Below are positions 10,009 to 22,224 of a DNA stretch of 64,000 nucleotides, piece by piece (positions within the stretch are counted from its first letter, which is position 1; every line of letters begins with the position of its first letter). Below the pieces are notes generated by a model that saw only the letters and a program-made list of their open reading frames with translations, did no database searches and was not told the origin of the DNA. The stretch spans positions 600,832 through 664,831 of the forward strand of contig OZ253478.1 of assembly GCA_965261835.1 (NCBI GenBank). Direction: 5' to 3'. Made by a program: the position numbers and the translations under genes. The stretch comes from Dehalococcoidia bacterium. GTDB lineage: Bacteria > Chloroflexota > Dehalococcoidia > SHYD01.

Positions 10009-10079
10009 CCAGGGTCCGAATATCTACGGCTCAATTTCGCGCAATATCACGCGATCTCACGCGATCTCAATTGAGGCGA

Positions 10080-10529
10080 CTACTTTCTACTGAAGATGCG
10101 CTTGGCTACCGTGAAACCGAGGCCGAAGCCTACCAGCGTGGCAGCCGCAAGCTCCTTCTTGCTGGGCGACACCGGGACGAACCGCTCGCCCTTGGGGTTG
10201 ATTACCAGGAACCCCACCGGATTGACCGACACGCCCCCGCCCGCTCCCCCGCCACCCGGTGCCTTAGACTCAGCCTCAGCTTCAGCGCCCTCAGGCTGTT
10301 CCTGGCCGGGTCCCTGACCGCCGCCGGCGCCGAAACCGAAAGCCACCTTGCCCACCGGGATCACCGTCCGACCTTCCACCACCAGCGGCTCGCCATAGAT
10401 GGTGTCTACGCTGGCGCTGGCGCGGATACGCTCGGTGATCGACGTAATCAGTGTCTGGACTTGCGAAGTCATGCCTATTCCTATCGGTTGGCTCGAGCTC
10501 ATTTTACAACGGGGTACGTTGAGCGTCAA
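10080..10529 (-). CDS. GerW/YtfJ family protein
   Basis: Contains the GKVAFGFGAGGG motif and Gly-rich loop characteristic of the GerW (YtfJ) family. Confidence 0.6.
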   Translation of the reverse strand: MTLNVPRCKMSSSQPIGIGMTSQVQTLITSITERIRASASVDTIYGEPLVVEGRTVIPVGKVAFGFGAGGGQGPGQEQPEGAEAEAESKAPGGGGAGGGVSVNPVGFLVINPKGERFVPVSPSKKELAAATLVGFGLGFTVAKRIFSRK

Positions 10530-10708
10530 AACACCGCACTGGCAGCACCCCTTATGGTATCCTGGCTCCTCGCAATGACGGGGGCAGCAGGAGTCCAGAG
10601 GGGCGCAGCCCCATTGGCAGGAGTCTGAGGGTGTCCCTCAGAGCTCTTTATTTTCTTCCCCCTTCCTGGAAGGAAGGGGGCCAGGGGGATGGTCCCGTAC
10701 CAACAAAG

Positions 10709-10734
10709 CGGCCCGTTCCTTAAGGAACGGGCCG
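10709..10734 (-). terminator. hairpin terminator downstream of bicupin dioxygenase gene
   Basis: cggcccgttcc-ttaa-ggaacgggccg; 11-bp perfect stem. Confidence 0.5.
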
Positions 10735-10758
10735 CAATAGCGCATAGTAGCAACAGAA

Positions 10759-11820
10759 CTACGACTCCGCTTCCTCTTCCTCGCGATAAAGTCCGATGGA
10801 CCGTAGTACCGGAACGTCGCTGTAGCTGAACAGGAAGGCCGGCCGGTCCGAGGGGTTCGCATGGCGGTGCCATGTCCATCCCGGCACGCAGAAGACGTCC
10901 TTGTCCGCCCAGTCCAGCCGCTGGCCCTCGATTTCAGCGTACCCCGAACCCTCTACTGCGTGGTAGATCGCGCTGGAGGTGTGCCGGTGCATCTTGGTGC
11001 GCTCCCCGGGACGGAGCATGTGAATGGTGCAGGCGATGGTGGGCATGACCGGCCCGTTGGTTGCGGGGTTCACGTACTCCAGCACCACTCCGTCGAAGGG
11101 GCTACCCGCCGTCACCCCGGTCAGTTTGGTCAAGGCCTCCCGCGCCTGGCTCCACGGATAGTGGAGCAGCGGTGAGGGCCACTCCGGCGGCGACTCCCAG
11201 GCCGGGCGGAGCGCGCCGGCGCCGTACTTCAACAAGGATGCTCCCGAGTCTTCCGAGAGCGCCTGGGTCTCCGACTCATAGTCCTGGAAGAACGCGCTCT
11301 CCAAGAGGTTCACCAGCGGCACGTCTAGGCCGTCCAGCCAGATCATCGGCTTGGTGGTGTCGTTGGCATGGTCGTGCCACGTCCAGTTGGGCGTGAGCAC
11401 CAGGTCTCCTGGGAGCATCGGTATCGGCTCACCGTTCACGTTGGTGTAGCCGCCCTCGCTCTCGATGATGAAACGCAGCGCCGAGGGTGTGTGGCGGTGG
11501 GCGCGCGCCACCTCACCGGGCATCACTATCTGAATCCCCCCAAACAGCGTGTTGGTGGTGGCCGTCCGTCCCCCCAAGCCCGGATTGAGCAGCCGCAGCA
11601 CTCTGCGTTCTGCCTGCGCCGTGCCCACCAACTCCGTGGCGCGCAGCGCCCGCGGTCGGATATCGCTCCAGTGCCACATAAAGGGTACGGCCTTGCTTTT
11701 GGGTTCCCGGTTGCCCACATCTGTGGCCGTCCATAGCGGTGACAGGCTGTACGACTCCAATTCGGAGTAGTAGCTGGTGAGCTCGGCCTCTGACGAAGTG
11801 ATGTCGGATCGTTTAAGCAT
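10759..11820 (-). CDS. bicupin dioxygenase, gentisate 1,2-dioxygenase-like (paralog 1)
   Basis: 353 aa with two cupin domains, each carrying an HRH motif (ARAHRHTPSALRF... and MHRHTSSAIYH...) plus WHDH/WHRH. Confidence 0.7.
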   Translation of the reverse strand: MLKRSDITSSEAELTSYYSELESYSLSPLWTATDVGNREPKSKAVPFMWHWSDIRPRALRATELVGTAQAERRVLRLLNPGLGGRTATTNTLFGGIQIVMPGEVARAHRHTPSALRFIIESEGGYTNVNGEPIPMLPGDLVLTPNWTWHDHANDTTKPMIWLDGLDVPLVNLLESAFFQDYESETQALSEDSGASLLKYGAGALRPAWESPPEWPSPLLHYPWSQAREALTKLTGVTAGSPFDGVVLEYVNPATNGPVMPTIACTIHMLRPGERTKMHRHTSSAIYHAVEGSGYAEIEGQRLDWADKDVFCVPGWTWHRHANPSDRPAFLFSYSDVPVLRSIGLYREEEEAES

Positions 11821-11822
11821 AG

Positions 11823-12887
11823 TTACGCCTCGTTGGGTGCATCCTGTTCGCGGTACAAGTCCAGCGCCTTGAAGACCGGCGCATCGGTGAAGCTGAAGAG
11901 CATAGCCGGTTCATTGGAATCGTTCACGTGCTCATGCGCGGCCCAGATGGGCACGCAGACCACGTCTTTCTCCCCCCAGTCCAGCCGCTGCCCGCCCACT
12001 ATCGAGTACCCGCTACCCTCTACCACGTGATAGATGACACTGGAGGTATGCCGGTGTGCTTGCGTTCGTTCACCCGGCCGCAGCATTTGCACGTGGCACG
12101 CCAGGGTCGGCATCACCGAGCCGCCGGTCAGTGGGTTGGTGTACTCCAGCAGCACGCCGTCGGTGGGACTGGCGTCGGCATCGTCGGCCAGCTTGAGCAA
12201 CGTGGCCCTCGCCTCATCCCACGGGTAGTGCATGAGCGGCGAGTGCGCCCGGTTGTGGCGCTCCCAGCGCGGCAAGAGACCGCGGCCGCCATACTTCTTG
12301 AGGCCAACATCGCTCGCCTTGCTCACCGGCTGCACCGCATCCGGGTATTCTTCGTAGAACTCGGCTTCCAGCAGGCCGATCATCGGAGCATCCAGCCCAT
12401 CGAGCCAGATCATTGGCGCATCGGTAGTATTGGCATGGTCGTGCCAGGTCATGTTGGGAGTAAGAATCAGGTCCCCAGGCAGCATGGGGACGCGGTCACC
12501 GTCCACCACGGTATAGCCACCCTTGCTCTCGATCACGAAACGCAGGGCGGCCTGAGTATGCCGGTGGGCACGGGCCAGCTCTCCCGGCATAACAATCTGC
12601 ACCCCGGCAAAGAGGGTGTTGGTGGTGGCTACTCGGGGCGCCGTCCCCGGATTGCCCAAGCGCACTACCCTGCGCTCAGTGTTGTGGACCGTCTCCCCCA
12701 TGTGCAGCGCTTCTGCACGCAGGTCGCTCCACCTCCACGCATGTGGGACTGCCTTACTCTGCGGCGCCTGAGGCATAAACCCCTGCTGTGCCAGGACTTT
12801 GGCTCCACCGGCGGCGTTATCCATCATCACCGTCTCTCCTTGGCGCACTACACTAGTTATCGAGTGTTGGGATACCTGTCTTATCAC
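11823..12887 (-). CDS. bicupin dioxygenase, gentisate 1,2-dioxygenase-like (paralog 2)
   Basis: 354 aa with the same bicupin HRH motifs. Roughly 60-65% identical to paralog 1. Tandem, 2-nt spacing. Confidence 0.7.
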   Translation of the reverse strand: MIRQVSQHSITSVVRQGETVMMDNAAGGAKVLAQQGFMPQAPQSKAVPHAWRWSDLRAEALHMGETVHNTERRVVRLGNPGTAPRVATTNTLFAGVQIVMPGELARAHRHTQAALRFVIESKGGYTVVDGDRVPMLPGDLILTPNMTWHDHANTTDAPMIWLDGLDAPMIGLLEAEFYEEYPDAVQPVSKASDVGLKKYGGRGLLPRWERHNRAHSPLMHYPWDEARATLLKLADDADASPTDGVLLEYTNPLTGGSVMPTLACHVQMLRPGERTQAHRHTSSVIYHVVEGSGYSIVGGQRLDWGEKDVVCVPIWAAHEHVNDSNEPAMLFSFTDAPVFKALDLYREQDAPNEA

Positions 12888-13023
12888 GTTACGCGGGATG
12901 ATACGGAGGGGTTGCCGCTATGTCAACTTCCGTCAACTCCCGGGCTAGCGCAGCTTGTCGGGCGGACATACAGAGGCACGCGCTCCCGCCCGCCGCGGCG
13001 CCCCTGCTCAGCGGCCGGTGCGG

Positions 13024-13617
13024 CTATGAGCCGCCGTTGCTGGGATTGGTGGGTGGCATACTGGCGGCGCCGACCGGGCGGGCCCACTGCCGCTTGCCCT
13101 CCTCCAGGAGATCGCGGCCCTGCACGTCGTTGCAGACGATGGCGGGGAACTTTTCGACCTCCAGGCGGCGGATTGCCTCGGTGCTGAGGTCCTCGTAGGC
13201 CACCACCTCGGCCTTCTTGATGTGCTTGGAGAGGAACGCGCCGGAGCCGCCCACGGCCAGAAAGTAGACCGCGCCGTGCTGTTGCATGGCCTCCCGCAGC
13301 TCAGGGCCGCGCCCGCCCTTGCCAATGGTGGCCCGCAGCCCGTGGGGCAGCAGTGCCTGGCAGAAGGCGTCCATCCGCATGCTGGTGGTAGGTCCCGCAG
13401 AGCCAATGACCTGGCCCTCCCGCGGCGGGGTGGGCCCCACGTAGTAGAGGATGTTGCCCTCGAGCTCGATGGGGATGGACTCGCCTTTGGCCAGCGTTTC
13501 CACCATGCGGCGGTGAGCGGCGTCCCGGGCGGTGTAGAGCACGCCGGTGATCTCCACTTGGTCGCCTACGTTGAGGCCGCGGATGACGTCATCGGTGATG
13601 GGCGTGTGGATTTCCAT
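13024..13617 (-). CDS. Fe-S hydro-lyase beta subunit (class I fumarate hydratase / L(+)-tartrate dehydratase beta)
   Basis: 197 aa; MEIHTPITDDVIRGLNVGD...GPTTSMRMD...AIVCNDV matches the FumA C-terminal/TtdB family. Confidence 0.8.
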   Translation of the reverse strand: MEIHTPITDDVIRGLNVGDQVEITGVLYTARDAAHRRMVETLAKGESIPIELEGNILYYVGPTPPREGQVIGSAGPTTSMRMDAFCQALLPHGLRATIGKGGRGPELREAMQQHGAVYFLAVGGSGAFLSKHIKKAEVVAYEDLSTEAIRRLEVEKFPAIVCNDVQGRDLLEEGKRQWARPVGAASMPPTNPSNGGS

Positions 13618-13686
13618 GATGGATCCCTTTGGCTATTATTCTTGAGCGCCGTCGGCAGTGGTTCGCCGGTGTGCGCCGTGCTCGGT

Positions 13687-14106
13687 CTACGCCTTCGCTG
13701 GGCGAAACTTAGGCAGGGAGAACTCCTCGGTAATGTCTTCGAAGCTGACCTCTACCGGCATGCCCACAGTGATCTGGTTGAGCGGGCAGCCCACGATGTT
13801 GCTTAGAAAGCGCGGCCCCTCCGCCAGTTCGATCAGCCCCACCGCGTAGGGGACGTCTTCCTTGAAGCCGGGGTGGTACACCTGGTGGTAGACCACGAAG
13901 CTATAGACTGTGCCCTGGCCGCTGAGTTGCTTCCACTCAAAGCGGTCCGAAATACAGGAGGGGCAGATCAGGGCGAAGGGATAACGCACGGTCTCGCAGT
14001 CGGCGCAGCGCTGGAGCCGGAACTCGTGCTGCTTGCAGTACTCCCAAAACGCCTCGGCCTCCGGGGTCACTTCGGGCAGCGGTTTGTTGTACGCGGAGGT
14101 GGTCAT
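13687..14106 (-). CDS. DUF35 OB-fold/Zn-ribbon protein (thiolase partner)
   Basis: 139 aa; CxxC...CxxC Zn-ribbon (CADCETVRYPFALICPSC) followed by an OB fold. Confidence 0.7.
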   Translation of the reverse strand: MTTSAYNKPLPEVTPEAEAFWEYCKQHEFRLQRCADCETVRYPFALICPSCISDRFEWKQLSGQGTVYSFVVYHQVYHPGFKEDVPYAVGLIELAEGPRFLSNIVGCPLNQITVGMPVEVSFEDITEEFSLPKFRPAKA

Positions 14107-14112
14107 GTTTGG

Positions 14113-15246
14113 TTATCTCCCAAGGATCACGGTGGAGTGGTTGACCGTGTTGCCGCCGTGGCCGCTCATGAGGCCGATCTCAACCCCGGGGATCTGACGG
14201 TCCGGCGGTAGCTCGCGGCGGAGCTGGCGGGCCAACTCGACAAGGATGGTCGAGCCTTCAGTGTGGCCTTCCGAGAGCTGCCCGCCCGCGGTGTTGGTGG
14301 GGAGCTTACCTTGGGGGCCAAGCGCGCCGCTGGCCACGAACTCGCCGCCCTCACCCTTGCCGCAGAAGCCGTAGTCCTCCATGGTGATCATGACGATATA
14401 GGTGTAGCAGTCGTAGATGCCCATTACGTTGATGTCATCGTGGGAGACGCCTGCCCGCTGCAACGCCGCGGTGGCGCTGTGCTTCCCGCCTAGCTCGATC
14501 ATATTGTGGTCAGCCCACCAGCCGCGGCTGTTGTTGGCCTGGGCAAACCCCATGATATACACCGGGTCCTTGGCCAGATCCCTGGCCCGCTCCGCAGTGG
14601 TAATGATGATACAGCCGCAGCCGTCGCTCACCTGGCAGATGTCCAGCAGGCGGAAGGGTTCCACAACCCAGCGGGAGTTCATGTAGTCCTCCAGGGCAAT
14701 AGGCTGCCGCTGCTGGGCAATGGGGTTGCGGCTGGCGTAGTCCCGGAACTGCACCGAGATGGCGCCCAGTTGCTCCGGCGTGATGCCGTACTCGTACATG
14801 TAGCGCCGGATGCCGAGCGCGTGCTCGCCGGTAGCGCCGATGTGACCAAACTCTGAGCCGAGGGCGCCCATGCCGCCCATGCGGCTGCCGCGGGCAGGTT
14901 GGCGCTCTAGCTCCCCGTTGCCAATCAGCACCATGCTGCACAACCCGGCGTCTATAGCCATGCAGGCCAGCGCCACCATCTTGCCCACCGTGGCGCCGCC
15001 AGAAGCGACGGTCTCGCCGAAGCTGGTGTTGATCCCCAGCAGCTGGGCCAGCCGCTGATGGTGCGTGTAGACTCGCTCACTCTTGGTGATGACGCCATCA
15101 ATGTCCTGGGCCGTGATGCCCGCATCCTCGATGGCCGCCTTGGCCGCCTCGGTCCAGATGCTCATGCTGCTGTAACCGGGCAGCGACCCGATCGCCTTGG
15201 TGGTGCCCACACCCACGATGGCGTACTTCTTATGGAAATCCCACAC
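14113..15246 (-). CDS. thiolase-like protein (SCP-x / lipid-transfer type)
   Basis: 377 aa; IVGVGTTK...-type thiolase fold. Lies immediately upstream of the DUF35 gene. Confidence 0.75.
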   Translation of the reverse strand: MWDFHKKYAIVGVGTTKAIGSLPGYSSMSIWTEAAKAAIEDAGITAQDIDGVITKSERVYTHHQRLAQLLGINTSFGETVASGGATVGKMVALACMAIDAGLCSMVLIGNGELERQPARGSRMGGMGALGSEFGHIGATGEHALGIRRYMYEYGITPEQLGAISVQFRDYASRNPIAQQRQPIALEDYMNSRWVVEPFRLLDICQVSDGCGCIIITTAERARDLAKDPVYIMGFAQANNSRGWWADHNMIELGGKHSATAALQRAGVSHDDINVMGIYDCYTYIVMITMEDYGFCGKGEGGEFVASGALGPQGKLPTNTAGGQLSEGHTEGSTILVELARQLRRELPPDRQIPGVEIGLMSGHGGNTVNHSTVILGR

Positions 15247-15460
15247 CGGGCGCCTCCTGTGTCGGGTTAAGCGGGCTGAATCACGCTCCTACGATCACGA
15301 ACCACCCAAGGCCGTCTGGTCCGTTGTCGCGGCCGCCTCGGCCCAACTGCACGTGCTAAAGACGTTGCTTACCAGTGCCCGCTCGTCGCTCGTGGTCGCT
15401 GGGGCCGTGGCGCATCACCGCTACCGGGAGTAACCCCTCGCAGCTACTAGCTAACCACGC

Positions 15461-16306
15461 TCACAACACTGCGCGCTTGGTGCGGGCGCTGTGGCACTGG
15501 AGATTGACGGCCACCGGCAGCGCGGTGATGTGGGTGGGGTAGGTCTCCACGTGCACCGAGAGCGCCGTGGTGGTGCCCCCTACCGCTTGAGGGCCGATAC
15601 CGGTGGCGTTCACCGCGTCCAGCAGCTCTCGCTCCAGCCCCGCGGTCTCAGCGTCGTCGCTGAGGTCGTCCACCTCGCGCAGCAGCGACTTCTTGGCAAG
15701 GTACATGGCGTGCTCGGCGGTGCCGCCGATGCCCACACCCACGATGAGGGGTGGGCAGGGGTTGCCGGCCGACTCCTCCACCACTTTTGTGACAAAGTCG
15801 ATGACGCCCTTCGCGCCGGCGCCCGGGAGCATAATCCGGATCTGGCTCATGTTCTCGCAGCCGCCGCCCTTCGGCATCACGGTCAGGTGTAGCTTGTCCC
15901 CTGGGACGATCTCGGTGTGGATGACACCGGGGGTGTTGTCCTTGGTGTTCATCCGCAGTGAGAAGGGCTGCTGGACGATGGAGCCGCGCAAGAAGCCGCC
16001 GGTGTAGCCCTGACGAATGCCCTCGTTGATGGCATCGTACAGCCCGCCGCCGGTAACGTGGACGTCCTGGCCAAGGTCTAGGAACACGCAAGAGGTGCCG
16101 CAGTCCTGGCACAGGGCCATCTTCTGGGTACCCGCTATCTCGGCGTTCTCCAGGATCTGGTCAAGCACTTTTTGAGCTAGGGGCGCCTGCTCGTCCCGTC
16201 GCGCCCGCTTGAGCGCATTCAGCACGTCCTCCGGCAGATCGTAGTTGGCCTGCTGGAAGAGGTCTCGGACGGTTTCGGTGATCTGGGCGGTAGTGATGTC
16301 ACGCAT
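15461..16306 (-). CDS. Fe-S hydro-lyase alpha subunit (class I fumarate hydratase / tartrate dehydratase alpha)
   Basis: 281 aa with the Cys cluster LCQDCGTSCVFLDLGQDVHV. Confidence 0.8.
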   Translation of the reverse strand: MRDITTAQITETVRDLFQQANYDLPEDVLNALKRARRDEQAPLAQKVLDQILENAEIAGTQKMALCQDCGTSCVFLDLGQDVHVTGGGLYDAINEGIRQGYTGGFLRGSIVQQPFSLRMNTKDNTPGVIHTEIVPGDKLHLTVMPKGGGCENMSQIRIMLPGAGAKGVIDFVTKVVEESAGNPCPPLIVGVGIGGTAEHAMYLAKKSLLREVDDLSDDAETAGLERELLDAVNATGIGPQAVGGTTTALSVHVETYPTHITALPVAVNLQCHSARTKRAVL

Positions 16307-16352
16307 GGGCTATGGTCCTTTTGGTTGCAGTGTCAGCATGCATTTGGTGGGG

Positions 16353-19588
<3,236 letters not shown>

Positions 19589-19952
19589 CGCGCTACATCC
19601 TACTTCATAAGGAATTTCTACCCACAATACTATAGTCGCGCCGTCCCGCTGCGTCCACAATCGTGCTGCACGTTTGTGGTTGGTCAGTGATTATGTCAGT
19701 CGATGAAAGGACTGACGTTGACCCCCAGAGAGCAATCGCGGATACAGGTGTTGAACAGGATGATCGAGCAGGAGCTGTCGGCCTTGGGTGCAGGTTGTCT
19801 CGCCAAGCGCTACTTTTTGCCACGCGCGGCGCGCAGTGCCTCGCGTAGTACAACGCAGCGTGGTGAATCGGGAAACTGGCTTTTCGGCGCAGGCACATTT
19901 TTCTTCACGGCGCCCGTTAAGATGCCCGGCTCCGCGGTTTAACCGCACTCGG

Positions 19953-19981
19953 TTGACAGTTTATTGTCTAGAAAGTACTAT
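19953..19981 (+). promoter_or_regulatory. sigma-70-like promoter (TTGACA-N17-TACTAT) upstream of yacL-ispD-ispF
   Basis: Consensus -35 at 19953-19958 and -10 at 19976-19981 with a 17-nt spacer. Confidence 0.4.
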
Positions 19982-20040
19982 GGGCGCAGTTAAATGACCT
20001 TCAAACGTGCAGTATAGCGCAGTACGCTAGGGGCGCCGGA

Positions 20041-20917
20041 GTGCGCACAGGACCCCTGCATGTGGAGCGTACTTGGGTATGCTCCTTTTTCTTTGCTAAA
20101 TGGCCTAACGATGGCCTACGGAGTCATACAGTGTCCGTCGTGTTTTTTACCCGAATGGTAGGCATGGTGGTCCTGGCCATTGTGGGATACGAGATTGGTT
20201 ACTCCATCAGCGGCCCGCAGCCGGCTTACCCCGCCAATGTTTGGATTATCTCGATGATTCTCGCAGGCGGCGCGCTCGGCCTACTGCTCGACCCGTATTG
20301 CACCATTCAGCCCTACAAATGGATACGGAATCAGATAAAGCAGCTGCCGGCAAACGTCCTTTTTCCCGGCGCTGTGGGTCTGCTCATCGGACTTGTCGTA
20401 GCGGCTTTGCTCGCCTTACCCTTGTCCATGCTACCCGGCGAGCTCGGCGATTGGCTCCCCCTTGCCGCCGCGCTATTCATGAGCTACATTGGCATCTCGA
20501 TAAGAAGCCTATATCCCAATTCAAATCTCCGATATGGATTTTGAAGACGCCATAGAAGTGGACGCCAAACTGATTAAACTCGCGCGCGCCTTACGGGCGC
20601 CTATCATCACCAATGATTTCAACCTCAACCGCGTGGCGGAACTGCAGGGTGTCCGCGCCCTCAACATCAACGAGTTGGCAAACGCCGTCAAGTCCGTGGT
20701 ATTGCCTGGAGAGGAGATCCAGGTACGGGTTATTCAGGAGGGTAAAGAGGCTGGACAGGGTGTCGCCTTCTTGGATGATGGAACCATGGTAGTGGTGGAA
20801 GCGGGCAAGCGCTACTTAGGGCAGCAGGTGCCGGTGGTTATCACCCGCGTCCTGCAAACAGTGGCAGGGCGCATGATCTTTGCCCAGCAACGCTCAGAAC
20901 AGCCGCCTGCCGTATGA
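20041..20917 (+). pseudogene. YacL-like TM/PIN/TRAM protein, split and truncated
   Basis: ORF 20041-20544 encodes only the N-terminal TM region. ORF 20504/20534-20917, in another frame, encodes the PIN C-terminal half ([16 protein letters not shown]) plus the TRAM domain ([14 protein letters not shown]). The N-terminal half of the PIN domain is absent and the two ORFs overlap by 11 nt in different frames. Confidence 0.5.
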
Positions 20918-21627
20918 GCTTCCCCGGACCTCACAATAATGAACGAGTCGCCGTCATCGTTGTCGCGGCAGGCCAAAGCCAACGCATGGGCGGCCTGGAT
21001 AAGATCTTCTCCCCGGTAGCAGGACGGCCCATCCTCGCCTGGACCCTCCAGACCTTCGAACATTCACCCCTGGTGGACGATATCGTGGTCGCCGTGGAAC
21101 GCCACCGCATCATCGACGGGCGCGCCCTCAAGTCCGCAGAAGGCTGGCGCAAAGTCAGCCAAGTGTGCCGCGGTGGCGCCCGCCGCCAAGATTCGGTGCG
21201 TGAGGCCCTGTGGCGTTTGGGCAAATCTGACTGGGTGGTGGTGCACGACGGCGCCCGTCCCTGCATCGATGACACATTGCTCCTGCAAGCGCTGGAAGCC
21301 GCGCAGGAAACCGGCGCTGCCGCACCGGGTTTGCCCATAACCGACACTCTGAAACGCACCGACGAGCATGGCATTGTCACAGAAACCCTTGACCGGGCCG
21401 GCCTCTGGGCCATCCAGACTCCCCAGGTCTTCAGGCGGCAACTCTTGTGGGATGCCCACCAGCAGGTAACCCAGGACATGACCGACGACTGCGCGATGCT
21501 GGAGGCGCTCGGGCATCGCGTGCGGGTGTTCCCCGGCAGCGCACACAATATCAAACTCACCGTGCCCCAAGATCTGGACGCCGTTGCCAGCTATTTATCG
21601 CCGCCGGCAACCACGGTCTCCGCATAA
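20914..21627 (+). CDS. ispD: 2-C-methyl-D-erythritol 4-phosphate cytidylyltransferase
   Basis: [20 protein letters not shown]; 237 aa. Confidence 0.9.
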   Translation: MSFPGPHNNERVAVIVVAAGQSQRMGGLDKIFSPVAGRPILAWTLQTFEHSPLVDDIVVAVERHRIIDGRALKSAEGWRKVSQVCRGGARRQDSVREALWRLGKSDWVVVHDGARPCIDDTLLLQALEAAQETGAAAPGLPITDTLKRTDEHGIVTETLDRAGLWAIQTPQVFRRQLLWDAHQQVTQDMTDDCAMLEALGHRVRVFPGSAHNIKLTVPQDLDAVASYLSPPATTVSA

Positions 21628-21636
21628 GGAGCGGAC

Positions 21637-22110
21637 GTGCGGATTGGCATCGGTTACGATATCCACCGGCTTGTCGGTGGACGGCCCCTTATTCTGGGCG
21701 GGGTCCGCATCGACTACCCCCAAGGCCCGCTTGGCCACAGCGACGGCGACGTGCTGGCCCACGCGGTAGTAGATGCACTCTTAGGAGCAGCGGGGTTAGG
21801 GGACATCGGCACGCATTTTCCGCCCAGTGATCCCCAGTGGAAGGACGCGCCCGGCAGCGTTTTACTTACCCAGACCCTCACGTTGGTACACGCTGCCGGG
21901 TTTTCGCCGCACAACATCGACGCCACCGTCCTTTTAGAACGCCCAATGCTAGCCCCCTACATGCTCCACATGCGCGCCACTTTGGCCAGCACCCTCGGTC
22001 TTTCAGAAGACCGGGTAAATATAAAAGCCAAGACCAATGAGGGCCTAGACGCAGTGGGTCAACGGCAGGCTATTGCCGCGCACGTAGTACTATTACTAGA
22101 TGAACGCTGA
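21637..22110 (+). CDS. ispF: 2-C-methyl-D-erythritol 2,4-cyclodiphosphate synthase
   Basis: MRIGIGYDIHRL...GHSDGDVLAHAVVDALLGAAGLGDIGTHFP. Confidence 0.9.
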   Translation: MRIGIGYDIHRLVGGRPLILGGVRIDYPQGPLGHSDGDVLAHAVVDALLGAAGLGDIGTHFPPSDPQWKDAPGSVLLTQTLTLVHAAGFSPHNIDATVLLERPMLAPYMLHMRATLASTLGLSEDRVNIKAKTNEGLDAVGQRQAIAAHVVLLLDER

Positions 22111-22224
22111 TACCTCGGCGCAGCACGATACCCTAGAAGATTTGGGATGGACGTAGTATCGTGAAGAAGAGTGCAATTAGTGTTACTAGTGCTATGAGGA
22201 TAGTAGGTACCTACACGGACGGGC

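Noticed and set aside
10045-10066. Possible CRISPR-like direct repeats. Also considered: 56828-56852.
   Set aside because: There are only two short (10-11 nt) copies with no spacers, and no cas genes are in the window.
10440-10621. Single-nucleotide inconsistency between the ORF-track translations (ORFs 10080-10529 and 10071-10628) and my reading of the printed sequence at line boundaries 10440/10441 and 10620/10621.
   Set aside because: Most likely a reading or formatting artifact with no net length change. Coordinates inside 10440-10620 should be treated as plus or minus 1.
22111-22224. Possible T-box leaders upstream of cysE-cysS and valS.
   Set aside because: The leaders are only about 110-140 nt, too short for a T-box. 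No specifier-loop or antiterminator T-box consensus was seen.
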